From: Alphaproteobacteria bacterium | GTDB taxonomy: Bacteria > Pseudomonadota > Alphaproteobacteria > Micropepsales > Micropepsaceae | Length of the DNA: 64,000 nt | Assembly: GCA_034440175.1 (NCBI GenBank) | Contig: JAWXBO010000003.1 | Location: forward strand, 2,285-66,284 | Reading direction: 5' to 3' | Shown here: piece after piece, positions 45,218 through 54,012 of the stretch | How positions within the stretch are numbered: position 1 is the first letter of the stretch | Layout of the letters: every line of letters begins with the position of its first letter | The notes under the pieces: model-generated | The model's input: the letters and a program-made list of their open reading frames with translations, nothing else | Databases searched by the model: none | Told to the model about the DNA's origin: nothing | Position numbers and translations under genes: made by a program

Positions 45218-45841
45218 TCAGCCCGTTCGAATTACTGAGGTGATCCAATCCTGCGCTGTGGGCCAATCGTCAATCCGGCGATGTGCATCCGGACAGTGTG
45301 GGACCAGTTTGGCCAGACGCGGATCGGCGACAAAGTGCAGGCGGTGGACGTGCGGGGTTTCGGTGGCGACTGAGGTCAAGTGCGGCGGCAGGTCGTCGAT
45401 GAAGACTACCGGTTGGTGAAAGCCTTCGATGAGGTCTTTGATGACGATGCCTTTGGGTCCACGGCCCGCAATCACCGGGTAGGGCATGTTGTGGCGCGTG
45501 AGGTTTTCGATGCGGGCGTTGCGCGATGTTTCGGGCAGGTTGGAGAGGACCAGGATTTGCGCCTCCCTGCTCAAATTCGCAAGTGCGGCTGGGGCTCCCG
45601 CAACCGGTTGAAGGTGCGGGGTTTGCGTCGCGAAGAACTGGCCGAAGAGTTCGGTCACGCGCTCGTCGGCGATACGCTCTTTCGTGATCTGGTCGCGGAC
45701 GTTGCCGTGGATTCGATATGACGAGAAGTCGTGGAAGTAACCGAGCGTATGCAAAAAGTCTTCGAGGCCTGTCATGAACTGCAGCAGAACTTCATCGGCA
45801 TCACAAATGATGAGGGGTCTGGCGGGATCGAGTATTACCAT
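45218..45841 (-). CDS. HAD-like hydrolase
   Basis: Motif I ICDADEVLL and C-terminal FIDDLPPH. 207 aa. The stop is 1 nt from the dinB start. Confidence 0.6.
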   Translation of the reverse strand: MVILDPARPLIICDADEVLLQFMTGLEDFLHTLGYFHDFSSYRIHGNVRDQITKERIADERVTELFGQFFATQTPHLQPVAGAPAALANLSREAQILVLSNLPETSRNARIENLTRHNMPYPVIAGRGPKGIVIKDLIEGFHQPVVFIDDLPPHLTSVATETPHVHRLHFVADPRLAKLVPHCPDAHRRIDDWPTAQDWITSVIRTG

Positions 45842-46110
45842 GAGGATGAGCCGTGCGGGTCGAGCGCGGTGCAGGCCTGCAGGAGGGTGCCGGGCTTCAG
45901 TTTTTCTTCTTCGGAGAATTCTTTGGCGAGCGATTCTTCGCTGGCGAGGTGGTTCAAGACGGCTGAGAGAATCGCTGAGTCGCCGGTTCCTTCCAGCAAA
46001 TCGATGCCGTCAAGTCCGCTGGCGGTTAAGAAACGCTGAAGGTCTTCGGGGCGGTTGGCCAGGAATATCAGGGCGCGTTCAGAGATTTCGATGGCAAACT
46101 CTCGCTTCAT
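45835..46110 (-). CDS. DUF3572 domain protein
   Basis: Internal ATG 46110 (MKREFAIEISERALIFLANRPEDLQRFLTASGL...). This family is commonly divergent from divK-pleD in alphaproteobacteria. Confidence 0.65.
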   Translation of the reverse strand: MKREFAIEISERALIFLANRPEDLQRFLTASGLDGIDLLEGTGDSAILSAVLNHLASEESLAKEFSEEEKLKPGTLLQACTALDPHGSSSW

Positions 46111-46285
46111 GGCCGTCAGTGTTCCATATTGAGAAAACTGTGTTGTAAAACTTGTTGGTCTTTCTGGTATTCCGAAAAGCTTATTTAACATTGTTCAGGT
46201 GAAATATGGTGCGAAAAAAATGTACCCCATATTGGGGGCGCAGATGACAGAGACAGGGCCGAAAAGACCTCGTCTGGAGAACACC

Positions 46286-46660
46286 ATGGATGCCAGTGCC
46301 AAGACTGTTCTGATCGTGGAAGACAATGAGCTCAATATGAAGCTCTTCCACGACCTGCTTGATGCGCATGGCTACCGGACGATCCAAACCAGGGACGGTT
46401 TGGAGGCGCTGGATCTGGCCCGCAAGCATGTTCCGGACCTTATCCTGATGGATATCCAGTTGCCGGAAGTGTCGGGGCTGGAGGTGACGAAGTGGCTCAA
46501 GGAAGATGAAAAGCTGAAAGCAATTCCCGTGATCGCGGTCACTGCATTTGCCATGAAAGGCGATGAAGAGAAGATCCGGCAGGGTGGGTGTGAGGCGTAT
46601 ATTTCCAAGCCCATATCAGTGATGCATTTTCTCGAGACGATCCGCAAGTTTCTGCACTAA
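46286..46660 (+). CDS. divK: Single-domain response regulator DivK
   Basis: ATG 46286 with GGAG 6 nt upstream. [23 protein letters not shown]...[24 protein letters not shown]...[12 protein letters not shown] is near-identical in pattern to Caulobacter DivK. Confidence 0.9.
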   Translation: MDASAKTVLIVEDNELNMKLFHDLLDAHGYRTIQTRDGLEALDLARKHVPDLILMDIQLPEVSGLEVTKWLKEDEKLKAIPVIAVTAFAMKGDEEKIRQGGCEAYISKPISVMHFLETIRKFLH

Positions 46661-46672
46661 CGAGTTTCTTCC

Positions 46673-48037
46673 ATGACCGCGCGCGTTCTCGTCGTCGATG
46701 ACATTCCAGCCAACGTCAAGCTGCTCGAGGCCAAACTCGGTGCGGAGTATTTTGACGTTGTGACTGCACATTCAGGCGAGCAGGCGCTGACACTGATCGG
46801 CAAAGAGCTGCCGGATATCGTCCTGTTGGACGTGATGATGCCGGGCATGGACGGTTTTGAAGTCTGCAGGCGTATCAAGGCAAACCCTGCGACGGCGCAT
46901 TTGCCGGTCGTCATGGTGACGGCGCTGGATCAGCTTGCCGATCGCGTTCAGGGGCTTGAGGCGGGTGCGGATGATTTTCTGACCAAGCCGGTCAACGATG
47001 TTGCTCTGTTTGCGCGCGTGCGAAGCCTGGTTCGCCTGAAGACGATGGTGGACGAACTTCGTTTGCGTCAGGCCACCGGCGAGAGCATGGGTTTGGCGGA
47101 GGCGGAGGGCCCGGCGTTTATCGCGCAGCCCGGGCGGGGGCGTATTCTGATCGTTGAAGATCGCGACCAAAGTGCGCAGCGGATTGCTAACGCGCTGAGT
47201 GGCGAGCACGACATCGATCTGGTTCCGCAAACGACGGAAGCCATCATTCGGGCCAAGGGCGGTGATTACGACCTCGTGATTTCGAGTCTGTCGCTGGACA
47301 AGCAGGACGGGTTGCGGTTTTGCGCGACGCTGCGCAGTCTCGATACGACCAGGCAAACGCCCATCCTGACGATTGTGGATGAGGGCGACGTGAAGCGTCT
47401 GGTGCGGGCGCTGGATATCGGCGTCAACGACTATTTGATGCGGCCTATCGAGCACAACGAGCTGATTGCGAGGGTTCGTACGCAACTCAGGCGCAAACGC
47501 TATTCGGACCGGCTGCGCCAATCGTTGCAGCTAAGTCTGGAAATGGCGGTGACCGATCAGCTGACGGGCTTGTTCAACCGGCGTTATATGTCCCGGCATT
47601 TAAATACTCTGATGTCGGACAACGCGGGCAAGCAGGTTTCGTTCCTGTTGCTGGACGTGGATTTCTTCAAGCAGATCAATGACACCTATGGCCACGATGT
47701 CGGTGATGAAGTTCTGCGCGAGTTCGCGGCCCGGATCTCGGCGAATGTCCGTGGCATCGATCTGGCGTGCCGGTACGGTGGCGAAGAATTCGTGGTGGTA
47801 ATGCCTGATACTGATCTGAGCTTTGCCTATATGGTGGCCGAGCGGTTGCGGCAGTCAGTGGCTGACTTTCCGTTTGCCATCAGCGCGGCGGCGCGCCAGG
47901 TGCCTGTGACGATCTCGATCGGTGTGGCGGCAAGCGGTGGCGGTGATACGCCGGAGGTGTTGCTCAAGCGCGCCGACCAGGCACTCTACCGGGCCAAGCG
48001 TGACGGCCGCAATCGCGTGGTCGCAGACGCGGCCTAG
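46673..48037 (+). CDS. pleD: Response regulator diguanylate cyclase PleD (REC-REC-GGDEF)
   Basis: Two receiver domains, I-site RGID and active site RYGGEEF. 454 aa, directly downstream of divK. Confidence 0.9.
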   Translation: MTARVLVVDDIPANVKLLEAKLGAEYFDVVTAHSGEQALTLIGKELPDIVLLDVMMPGMDGFEVCRRIKANPATAHLPVVMVTALDQLADRVQGLEAGADDFLTKPVNDVALFARVRSLVRLKTMVDELRLRQATGESMGLAEAEGPAFIAQPGRGRILIVEDRDQSAQRIANALSGEHDIDLVPQTTEAIIRAKGGDYDLVISSLSLDKQDGLRFCATLRSLDTTRQTPILTIVDEGDVKRLVRALDIGVNDYLMRPIEHNELIARVRTQLRRKRYSDRLRQSLQLSLEMAVTDQLTGLFNRRYMSRHLNTLMSDNAGKQVSFLLLDVDFFKQINDTYGHDVGDEVLREFAARISANVRGIDLACRYGGEEFVVVMPDTDLSFAYMVAERLRQSVADFPFAISAAARQVPVTISIGVAASGGGDTPEVLLKRADQALYRAKRDGRNRVVADAA

Positions 48038-48045
48038 GCCCAATC

Positions 48046-48213
48046 CTACTTGATTTTGCCTTCGGTATATTCGACGTGCTTGCGCACGACGGGATCGTAT
48101 TTGCGGCATTTGAATTTGTCGGTCATCGTGCGCGAGTTCTTCTTGGCGACGTAGAAATGGCCGGTGCCCGCAGAAGAATTCAGACGGATTTTTATGGTTG
48201 TTGGTTTGGCCAT
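48046..48213 (-). CDS. rpmG: 50S ribosomal protein L33
   Basis: Internal ATG 48213 gives [55 protein letters not shown] (55 aa). Confidence 0.95.
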   Translation of the reverse strand: MAKPTTIKIRLNSSAGTGHFYVAKKNSRTMTDKFKCRKYDPVVRKHVEYTEGKIK

Positions 48214-48267
48214 GATGGTCTCGGTTCGGACTTCTTGCACAATAGAATTGGGAGGGGTGCAAACTAC

Positions 48268-49467
48268 TCATCCGGCGTTTGAAGTCAATTGCTTGTTGGG
48301 GCGTGGAAAGGTCGCGGTGCGATAGGTGACGACGCCCAGGAAAACCGCAGAAATGAGGCCCAAAACAACGGGTAAACCGTGCGGGTTCCACAGGTCGATG
48401 GCGATGCCACCCAGGCCTGGACCTGCCAAAGTGCCGAGGGCGTAGAGAATTGAGAAGGCGGCATTGGCTGCTGCAAGCTGGCCGCCGCGGAAATTTGAGC
48501 CCAGATGCGTCAGGCCAAGCGCATAGATCGCGGCGACGAATCCTCCCCAGATGAACACAAGCGCGAGGGCCCAATAGCTGACGCCACCGGCGAACGGAAG
48601 CAGGGCCGCGCCAACGACGCCAACACTGGCACACAGCATCATGACGTGGCGGCGATCGGTCTTGTCGGCGAGCCAGCCCAGCAGCGGGACCAGCAACATG
48701 TTGCCGAGGCCCCAGGCGGTGATCAGCAAAGTCGCGGCATCTTCCTTTGAGCCTAGGCGCACGGCGTAAACGGTGAGGAAGCTTGCAGCACACATTTCTA
48801 TTGCGCCGTAGGCGAGGCCGGCTGCGGCTGCAGACGGTGAACTCCAGACGAATGAGAACATGGCGCCGGCGCTGGCATGCTCGACGGGCGGGACAACGCG
48901 GTGAGCCGCGATCAGGGGCAGCATGGCCAGAAGCATCAACACAGCACCGGCGATGAAGGGTTCCCATCCGGTGGTTCCGAGTGATTGAATGATGATGGGA
49001 CCAAGGGCGAATCCGGCGGAGACGATTGAGGCGTAGATGGCGATCAAGCGGCCGCGCATGGCGTCCGTCGCGATCTGGTTAATCCAGACTTCGCTGACCA
49101 GGAACAGGCCCTGAAGGGCACCGTTCAACGTGAAGCGGAGCAGGAACCACAGAGCCAAATCGTTGGAGGCGCGAAAGCCGAGCAGCGATATCGCTGCTAC
49201 AACATAGCAGGCGATGAGAAAGCGCACGGTGCCCAGACGCGCGGCGAATGCCGGAATGAAAGGCGTGAAGGCAAGCATAGCGACGGCGCCAAACATGGCG
49301 TTGGCGCCGTTCAGCGTGGCGGAGATGCCGTTGCGTTCCAGGATCAGCGAAAGAAGCGGCAGTGACAATCCCATGCCCAGGCCGTTGGCGAAGATGCAGG
49401 CATAGACGGCCGAGAGACTGAGCGCGCGGTCGCGGCGAGACAGGCTTGCCGGTTCAGCGGGGTTCAT
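48268..49467 (-). CDS. MFS transporter
   Basis: About 12 predicted hydrophobic helices. Start taken at ATG 49467 (MNPAEPASLSRRDRALSL...). Confidence 0.8.
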   Translation of the reverse strand: MNPAEPASLSRRDRALSLSAVYACIFANGLGMGLSLPLLSLILERNGISATLNGANAMFGAVAMLAFTPFIPAFAARLGTVRFLIACYVVAAISLLGFRASNDLALWFLLRFTLNGALQGLFLVSEVWINQIATDAMRGRLIAIYASIVSAGFALGPIIIQSLGTTGWEPFIAGAVLMLLAMLPLIAAHRVVPPVEHASAGAMFSFVWSSPSAAAAGLAYGAIEMCAASFLTVYAVRLGSKEDAATLLITAWGLGNMLLVPLLGWLADKTDRRHVMMLCASVGVVGAALLPFAGGVSYWALALVFIWGGFVAAIYALGLTHLGSNFRGGQLAAANAAFSILYALGTLAGPGLGGIAIDLWNPHGLPVVLGLISAVFLGVVTYRTATFPRPNKQLTSNAG

Positions 49468-50125
49468 GCTTGGCGCTTTGCAGCGGCTTGTTGCGCCGGT
49501 AGCGGAAGAACGGCGTGGCGCGCGTAATGCCCTGTTCGGCCTGTACAAGCTCAGTGAGGATGAATTTCGTCACGTCGATAACTGGCAGGGACAGGGTGTT
49601 GGCGAGGGCGTACCAATCGAGATCAAGTAACTCGCCGTTGCTTTTCAGGTCACCCGTCAAACTGTCACCGTCGGCTAGAAAGAAACGGGCATGAAAGCGG
49701 ACCGGCGCCGATGCCGGGGTGATGGCGCGGCCGAGAAAGCGCAAGCGGTCGTGCGCCGGGGCGATGCCTTGCTTGGCAAACTCGGTCCAGGCGCTTTCGC
49801 TGGAGCCGGTTTGTCCGGGTGAGGCCAACAGGAGACCGGTTTCCTCGAAGGTCTCGCGGATCGCTGCGGTGGCCAGGCCCTGGGCCAATCTGGGGGTGCA
49901 GCCGCCACGGGCGCAGAGCTCGTTGAGCGTGCGTTCGGTCAAAGGGGCGCCGGGCGCGATTGTCTCGTCGCTTTTGTCCAGGCGTCCTCCGGGAAAAACA
50001 TAGGCGGCTGGAAAGACGGCGCGTGCAGGCCTTCGCCCCATGAGGATTTGCGTGACGCCGCTGCGTTGGCGCGTGAGCACAAGTGAAGCGGCGTGGCGCG
50101 GGCGGACAGGGCGCGGGGGTATCAT
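49454..50125 (-). CDS. NUDIX hydrolase
   Basis: Nudix box remnant FPGGRLD...AAIRETFEETGLLL. 223 aa. Confidence 0.75.
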   Translation of the reverse strand: MIPPRPVRPRHAASLVLTRQRSGVTQILMGRRPARAVFPAAYVFPGGRLDKSDETIAPGAPLTERTLNELCARGGCTPRLAQGLATAAIRETFEETGLLLASPGQTGSSESAWTEFAKQGIAPAHDRLRFLGRAITPASAPVRFHARFFLADGDSLTGDLKSNGELLDLDWYALANTLSLPVIDVTKFILTELVQAEQGITRATPFFRYRRNKPLQSAKHEPR

Positions 50126-50995
50126 GCGGTGGCGGCCGGGATGACGGGTTGGGCACCCTCGTCGCTGAGCAGGACCAGCATCATGTTGGAAACCAGCACC
50201 GCTTTCTGGGCCGAAGTCATGTCGGTGATGCCTTCACTGTGAAAGCGGTCGAGCGCCATTTTGACCATGCCGATGGCGCCGTCGACCATTTTTTCGCGCG
50301 CCTGGATCAGGGCTTCGGCCTGCTGGCGGCGCAGCATGATCGAGGCGATTTCCGGTGCGTAGGCCAGATGGGTGATGCGCATTTCCAGGATCTGCAGACC
50401 CGCGATGTTGACGGAGCGTTGCAGCGATTCCTGCAAGAGATCCGAGACAGCGGCGGTGTTGCCGCGCAGCGAGACGTGCTCGTCTTTCTTTTCGTCGTAG
50501 GGGTGGGTTGAGACGACATCACGCAACGCCATTTCGCATTGGGTCTTGATGTAGCTTTCGAAGTCGTCGACGTCGAAGGCGGCCTGGGCCGTGTCGCGCA
50601 CGGCCCAGCCGACGACGGCTGCGACGTCGACCGGGTTGCCGATCTTGTCGTTCACTTTCAGTGTTGGGGTGGTGAAGTTGCGGACGCGCAGGGAAAGTTT
50701 TTGCTTGGAGAAAAACGGATTGACCCAGTTGAAGCCTTCGCGGCGCACGGTGCCTGTGTAGCGTCCGAAAAGTGTCAGGACCGTCGCCTCGTTGGGTTTG
50801 AGGATCAGGAAACCGATCGACAGAATCCCTGAGATCACGATCAACGGCACGCCCAAAACCGGGCGGCTGACGAGGGCGAGGCCTGCCAGAAACAGGGCCA
50901 GGGTTATGAGCAGCATCATCCAGCCTGAGGCCGGGTTGGCGATGAGATTTTCCTTTGAAGGCAGAGCGAGCTTGGTGTCGGTCATCTTGGGTCCT
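50122..50995 (-). CDS. SPFH/Band 7 domain membrane protein
   Basis: ATG 50995 (MTDTKLALPSKENL...). N-terminal TM helices then an SPFH core (VLTLFGRYTGTVRREGFNWVNPFF...LQILEMRITHLAYAPEIA). The upstream extension of the listed ORF is rejected. Confidence 0.8.
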
Positions 50996-51050
50996 TGGTG
51001 CCGGGATTTGGGCGTATCTGCATGGATATTCGTGCTCAAGTCGAGTGATG

Positions 51051-51163
51051 GTGTCCTGTTTTTCGTGAAAAACGGCAGATTTCCGGCGCTTTTTTCAAGA
51101 CAAACAGGACAGCGGACACTGTCCCAAGTGCACTGTCCTCTTTGTCCTGTCTCATTTGTCCTA
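51051..51163 (-). repeat. GGACA-rich conserved upstream element, copy B (upstream of the SPFH gene)
   Basis: Its reverse complement aligns with 17209..17318. Ends 55 nt before the SPFH ATG, in the same orientation relative to the gene as copy A. Confidence 0.8.
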
Positions 51164-51523
51164 TTCCAGGTTTGGACGCAATTTCCCGCGAGGGCTGCAA
51201 AGCCTTTCTGAAAAACACATTCACTTGTCAAGTCGCAGCGCCCGGCAGAACCTCCGCCGGGCGAAACAGGAAACACAAAAATATGCACAATCCACGCCCA
51301 AGAACATAAGTGGAACTTTCTGACGCCTTTGTCAAGTGGGCTGGAATGATGAGCATATTTTGACGCATGGCGAGGTTCGGGCGCGTGAACATGGACATCC
51401 ACACCAGCGAAAAGATCCGGGAGTTTTCGCGGCGCGGAAATTGGGCCGGCAGGCTCGGGCTGCCGCCGGGCGCAAAAGCGTCCGCTCCGCATTCGCTGCA
51501 GGGCGCGAAGCTCCGAGCGCTTT

Positions 51524-51646
51524 CCTGGGAGCGCCGGCATCCTGCCGGCACTTACTTTTTCACTTCAACAAAGAGCCGGCAAGATGCCGGGGCTCCCGGG
51601 AAAAAGGGCCGGCAGGATGCCGGCGCTCCCAGGACGCGCTCCCAGG
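51524..51646. repeat. REP-like hairpin cluster (three copies of GCCGGCA(A/G)GATGCCGG(C/G)GCTCCC(A/G)GG)
   Basis: 51524-51549 is the exact reverse complement of 51608-51633 (26 nt). A third, forward copy lies at 51575-51600, and a partial GCGCTCCCAGG at 51636-51646. Each unit contains the hairpin GCCGGCA-GGA-TGCCGGC. Confidence 0.85.
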
Positions 51647-51709
51647 AAGTTTGCTCTCAGCCTCCCGGCGGGCGCGGTGGTTTTCCGGTTGGGACCGGCT
51701 GCGTCTCGA

Positions 51710-51850
51710 TCAGGCATCACCCGGATCGATGCGATTGTCGGCGTTCGGCTTGCTGCTCGAGATGGTGGTCGCAGCCAACGCGCCGTCGGCGACCAGCGCC
51801 AATGCGCCCAAGGCAAGGACGCTGGTGCAGACAAGTGACGTGAGTTTCAT
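51710..51850 (-). CDS. Small secreted peptide (46 aa), not in the ORF track
   Basis: ATG 51850 with AGGAG 8 nt upstream. MKLTSLVCTSVLALGALALVADGALA|ATTISSSKPNADNRIDPGDA*. Stop TGA 51710-51712. Confidence 0.5.
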   Translation of the reverse strand: MKLTSLVCTSVLALGALALVADGALAATTISSSKPNADNRIDPGDA

Positions 51851-52141
51851 GGGAGTGCTCCTGTTATGGGCAGATCATGCACAAACTGGCCGCCCGCGCA
51901 TATAGTCGCGCCGGCATGCGCGGCGGGCGCGTTCGACAACCGCCGGGCGAAGGGGGGGCTCGTCGCGGGGATAGCTGCATCGCCTGGTTTCTACCGCTCT
52001 GGCGGTGCACACGGCCTCTTGAATTCCTCGAAGTCAGGCACTTTATGTGCCGGCGGTGTTGGATTTTATCGACAAATTCTGCCAATCTGTCGATGGCTGC
52101 AACGCAGTGTTCCAGCGGGTTCGCTCTAGCAAGGTGTGACA

Positions 52142-53188
52142 ATGTTTCGGGTGGTTCTCAGCATCCTGGCGGTTCTCATTTTGGGCATTGTTGGGCCGAT
52201 CGTTGCGGGGGCGATGCGCCACTATGAACCCCTGCCCGCTGCGCCTTTGGCGCAAGTTGATGCAGCATCAACCGGGCTGGCTGCCCGTTCGGATCATCGG
52301 TTCCGCTGCGGCGATACATGGTGCGCGGGCACGCTTTATTTGCCGCGCGGTGGAGCGATACCCCCGGCGGTCATCATGGGCGGCGGCTTTGCCGGGACGC
52401 AAGATGTTGCGCTTCCCGAATTTGCAGCGCATCTGGCGGAGGCGGGAATTGCTGTCTTTACTTTCGACTACAGATTTTTTGGCGCCTCGGGTGGTGCTCC
52501 CCGGCAGTTGGTGGACCCAAAGGCTCAACTTGCGGATTGGCACGCGGCGATCGCGTATGTGTCGCGTGAAGCTTCGGTCGATGGGCGCAGGCTTGCACTG
52601 CTGGGTGCGTCTCTCGGCGGAGGACACGCGCTGATCGCCGCGAGCAAATCCGAAAATGTGACGGCGGTTGTCGCAATGGTACCGTTGGTCGACACGCGCG
52701 TTGAAGCGCAAGCCGGCTATTTTGGTGCGGCGTGGCTCGCGCGATTGCTGGCGTCTGCGTGGGGCGATTTGTGGCTCGCGGGGCTTGGCGGGGACGCTTT
52801 GACGATCCCGGTTATGGTGCCCCATGGCCAATTCGGAATGATTGTTGACGACGCGGCCTTTGCTGCCCAGAAACAACTTGCCGGATCAAGCCCCACTTAC
52901 AAAAACGAAGTTGCCGCCCGCTCGATATTCACATTCGATGATTTCAACCCTGCGATACAAGCAGCCGGTTTGGACAAGCCCGCCCTTTTGATCGCGTCGA
53001 AGACGGACCGGTTTGCACCGTTTTCCGCATCGGCGGCATTCGCGAGCAAACAGCGCAACCGTCAACTCATTGAAATTTCATGCGATCATTTTGAGGTCTA
53101 CACGCCGCCATGTTCGGACAAAGCACGCGGGGCAGTGTTGGCGTTTTTGCGGACGCATTGGTCGCTCGAGCCGGTGTCGCCGCGGTAG
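52142..53188 (+). CDS. Alpha/beta hydrolase with N-terminal membrane anchor
   Basis: ATG 52142 with AAGGTG upstream. Nucleophile elbow GASLGGGHA. About 348 aa. Confidence 0.75.
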   Translation: MFRVVLSILAVLILGIVGPIVAGAMRHYEPLPAAPLAQVDAASTGLAARSDHRFRCGDTWCAGTLYLPRGGAIPPAVIMGGGFAGTQDVALPEFAAHLAEAGIAVFTFDYRFFGASGGAPRQLVDPKAQLADWHAAIAYVSREASVDGRRLALLGASLGGGHALIAASKSENVTAVVAMVPLVDTRVEAQAGYFGAAWLARLLASAWGDLWLAGLGGDALTIPVMVPHGQFGMIVDDAAFAAQKQLAGSSPTYKNEVAARSIFTFDDFNPAIQAAGLDKPALLIASKTDRFAPFSASAAFASKQRNRQLIEISCDHFEVYTPPCSDKARGAVLAFLRTHWSLEPVSPR

Positions 53189-53491
53189 TGCCATTTTTCT
53201 CGCGCCTGAAAAAGAAGACCTTGTCGCCGGCACCCGGCGCGCCGCATTTGTTCAGGCTGAAATTCGCCCCAAAGCAGCCGGTCGATGGCCAACCGCAGTA
53301 CAGGGGACCCCGGTTGCCCAGTTGCCATCGAAGAGAAAAAATTGTTCCGGCCGAAGCCGTGACCCGTGCCCCATTTCTCGCCGATAGAGCTTGCCACACC
53401 ATTGGAAGCATTGCTGCACCAAGCCGCTGGCAGGTCCTATAATAGTGCAATTGAATGATACTTCCACGTATGAGGACCAAAGGGCCACGCC

Positions 53492-53986
53492 ATGACAAAG
53501 CAAATGAAGAGGGTCGCCACATTTGCGACTGCACTGGCAGGAGTTGTCTCGTTGACCTCGCTGTCGTGGGCGCAATCATTCTGCGATCAAATGAAAACAA
53601 TCGTCGCAGCGGCACCGCAATTTGTTTCGCTCAGGGGAGAAGCAGAAGGCATGCAATTCCACGGCTCGCTCAGACTTGAAGGCACCACGCAGTGTGAAAT
53701 TCGCAACAAGTCCGACCTGGACGAGAACTGGCAGCCGCTCAACGAGAAATGGGCCTACGAATGCCTGTGGGAGAAGATGGCCCCAGGCGCGCTTCCCGCA
53801 CTCAAACGTCTCGTCGAGGTGTGCCTGCCGGAAGCCCGATACAGCGACAGCTCTCCGCTTGGCGAGAAATTTGCCAATTTTACCGGTGGAGTTTTTCGTT
53901 TCGGCGAAAACTCAATCGTGACGGACTATAACAAAGACACTAACCAACTCTGGCTTACGGTCCTTCCCGCAGGCGTGGAACAATAG
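53492..53986 (+). CDS. Secreted hypothetical protein
   Basis: Signal peptide MKRVATFATALAGVVSLTSLSWA. Four Cys. No family recognised. Confidence 0.55.
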   Translation: MTKQMKRVATFATALAGVVSLTSLSWAQSFCDQMKTIVAAAPQFVSLRGEAEGMQFHGSLRLEGTTQCEIRNKSDLDENWQPLNEKWAYECLWEKMAPGALPALKRLVEVCLPEARYSDSSPLGEKFANFTGGVFRFGENSIVTDYNKDTNQLWLTVLPAGVEQ

Positions 53987-54012
53987 CGGCAACTGGTTAC
54001 GGCCCCACCGGG

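Noticed and set aside
46111-46285. CtrA box (TTAA-N7-TTAA) or LexA box (GTTC-N7-GTTC) in the divK / DUF3572 divergent region.
   Set aside because: By eye only partial half-sites are present (TTAAC..., GTTCcatattgAGAA). No full match was seen, and a weight-matrix scan would be needed.
48031-48040. GGCCTAGGCC palindrome between pleD and rpmG, considered as a bidirectional terminator.
   Set aside because: The stem is only 4 bp with a 2-nt loop and no flanking U/A tract. It is too weak to call.
50996-51905. Upstream extension of the SPFH ORF to 51540, and ORFs 51228..51551, 51336..51905, 51367..51843, 51565..51834 and 51584..51838.
   Set aside because: They run through the GGACA element and the REP-like hairpins, overlap each other in several frames, and have Arg/Pro/Gly-rich products. 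The SPFH domain starts after ATG 50995.
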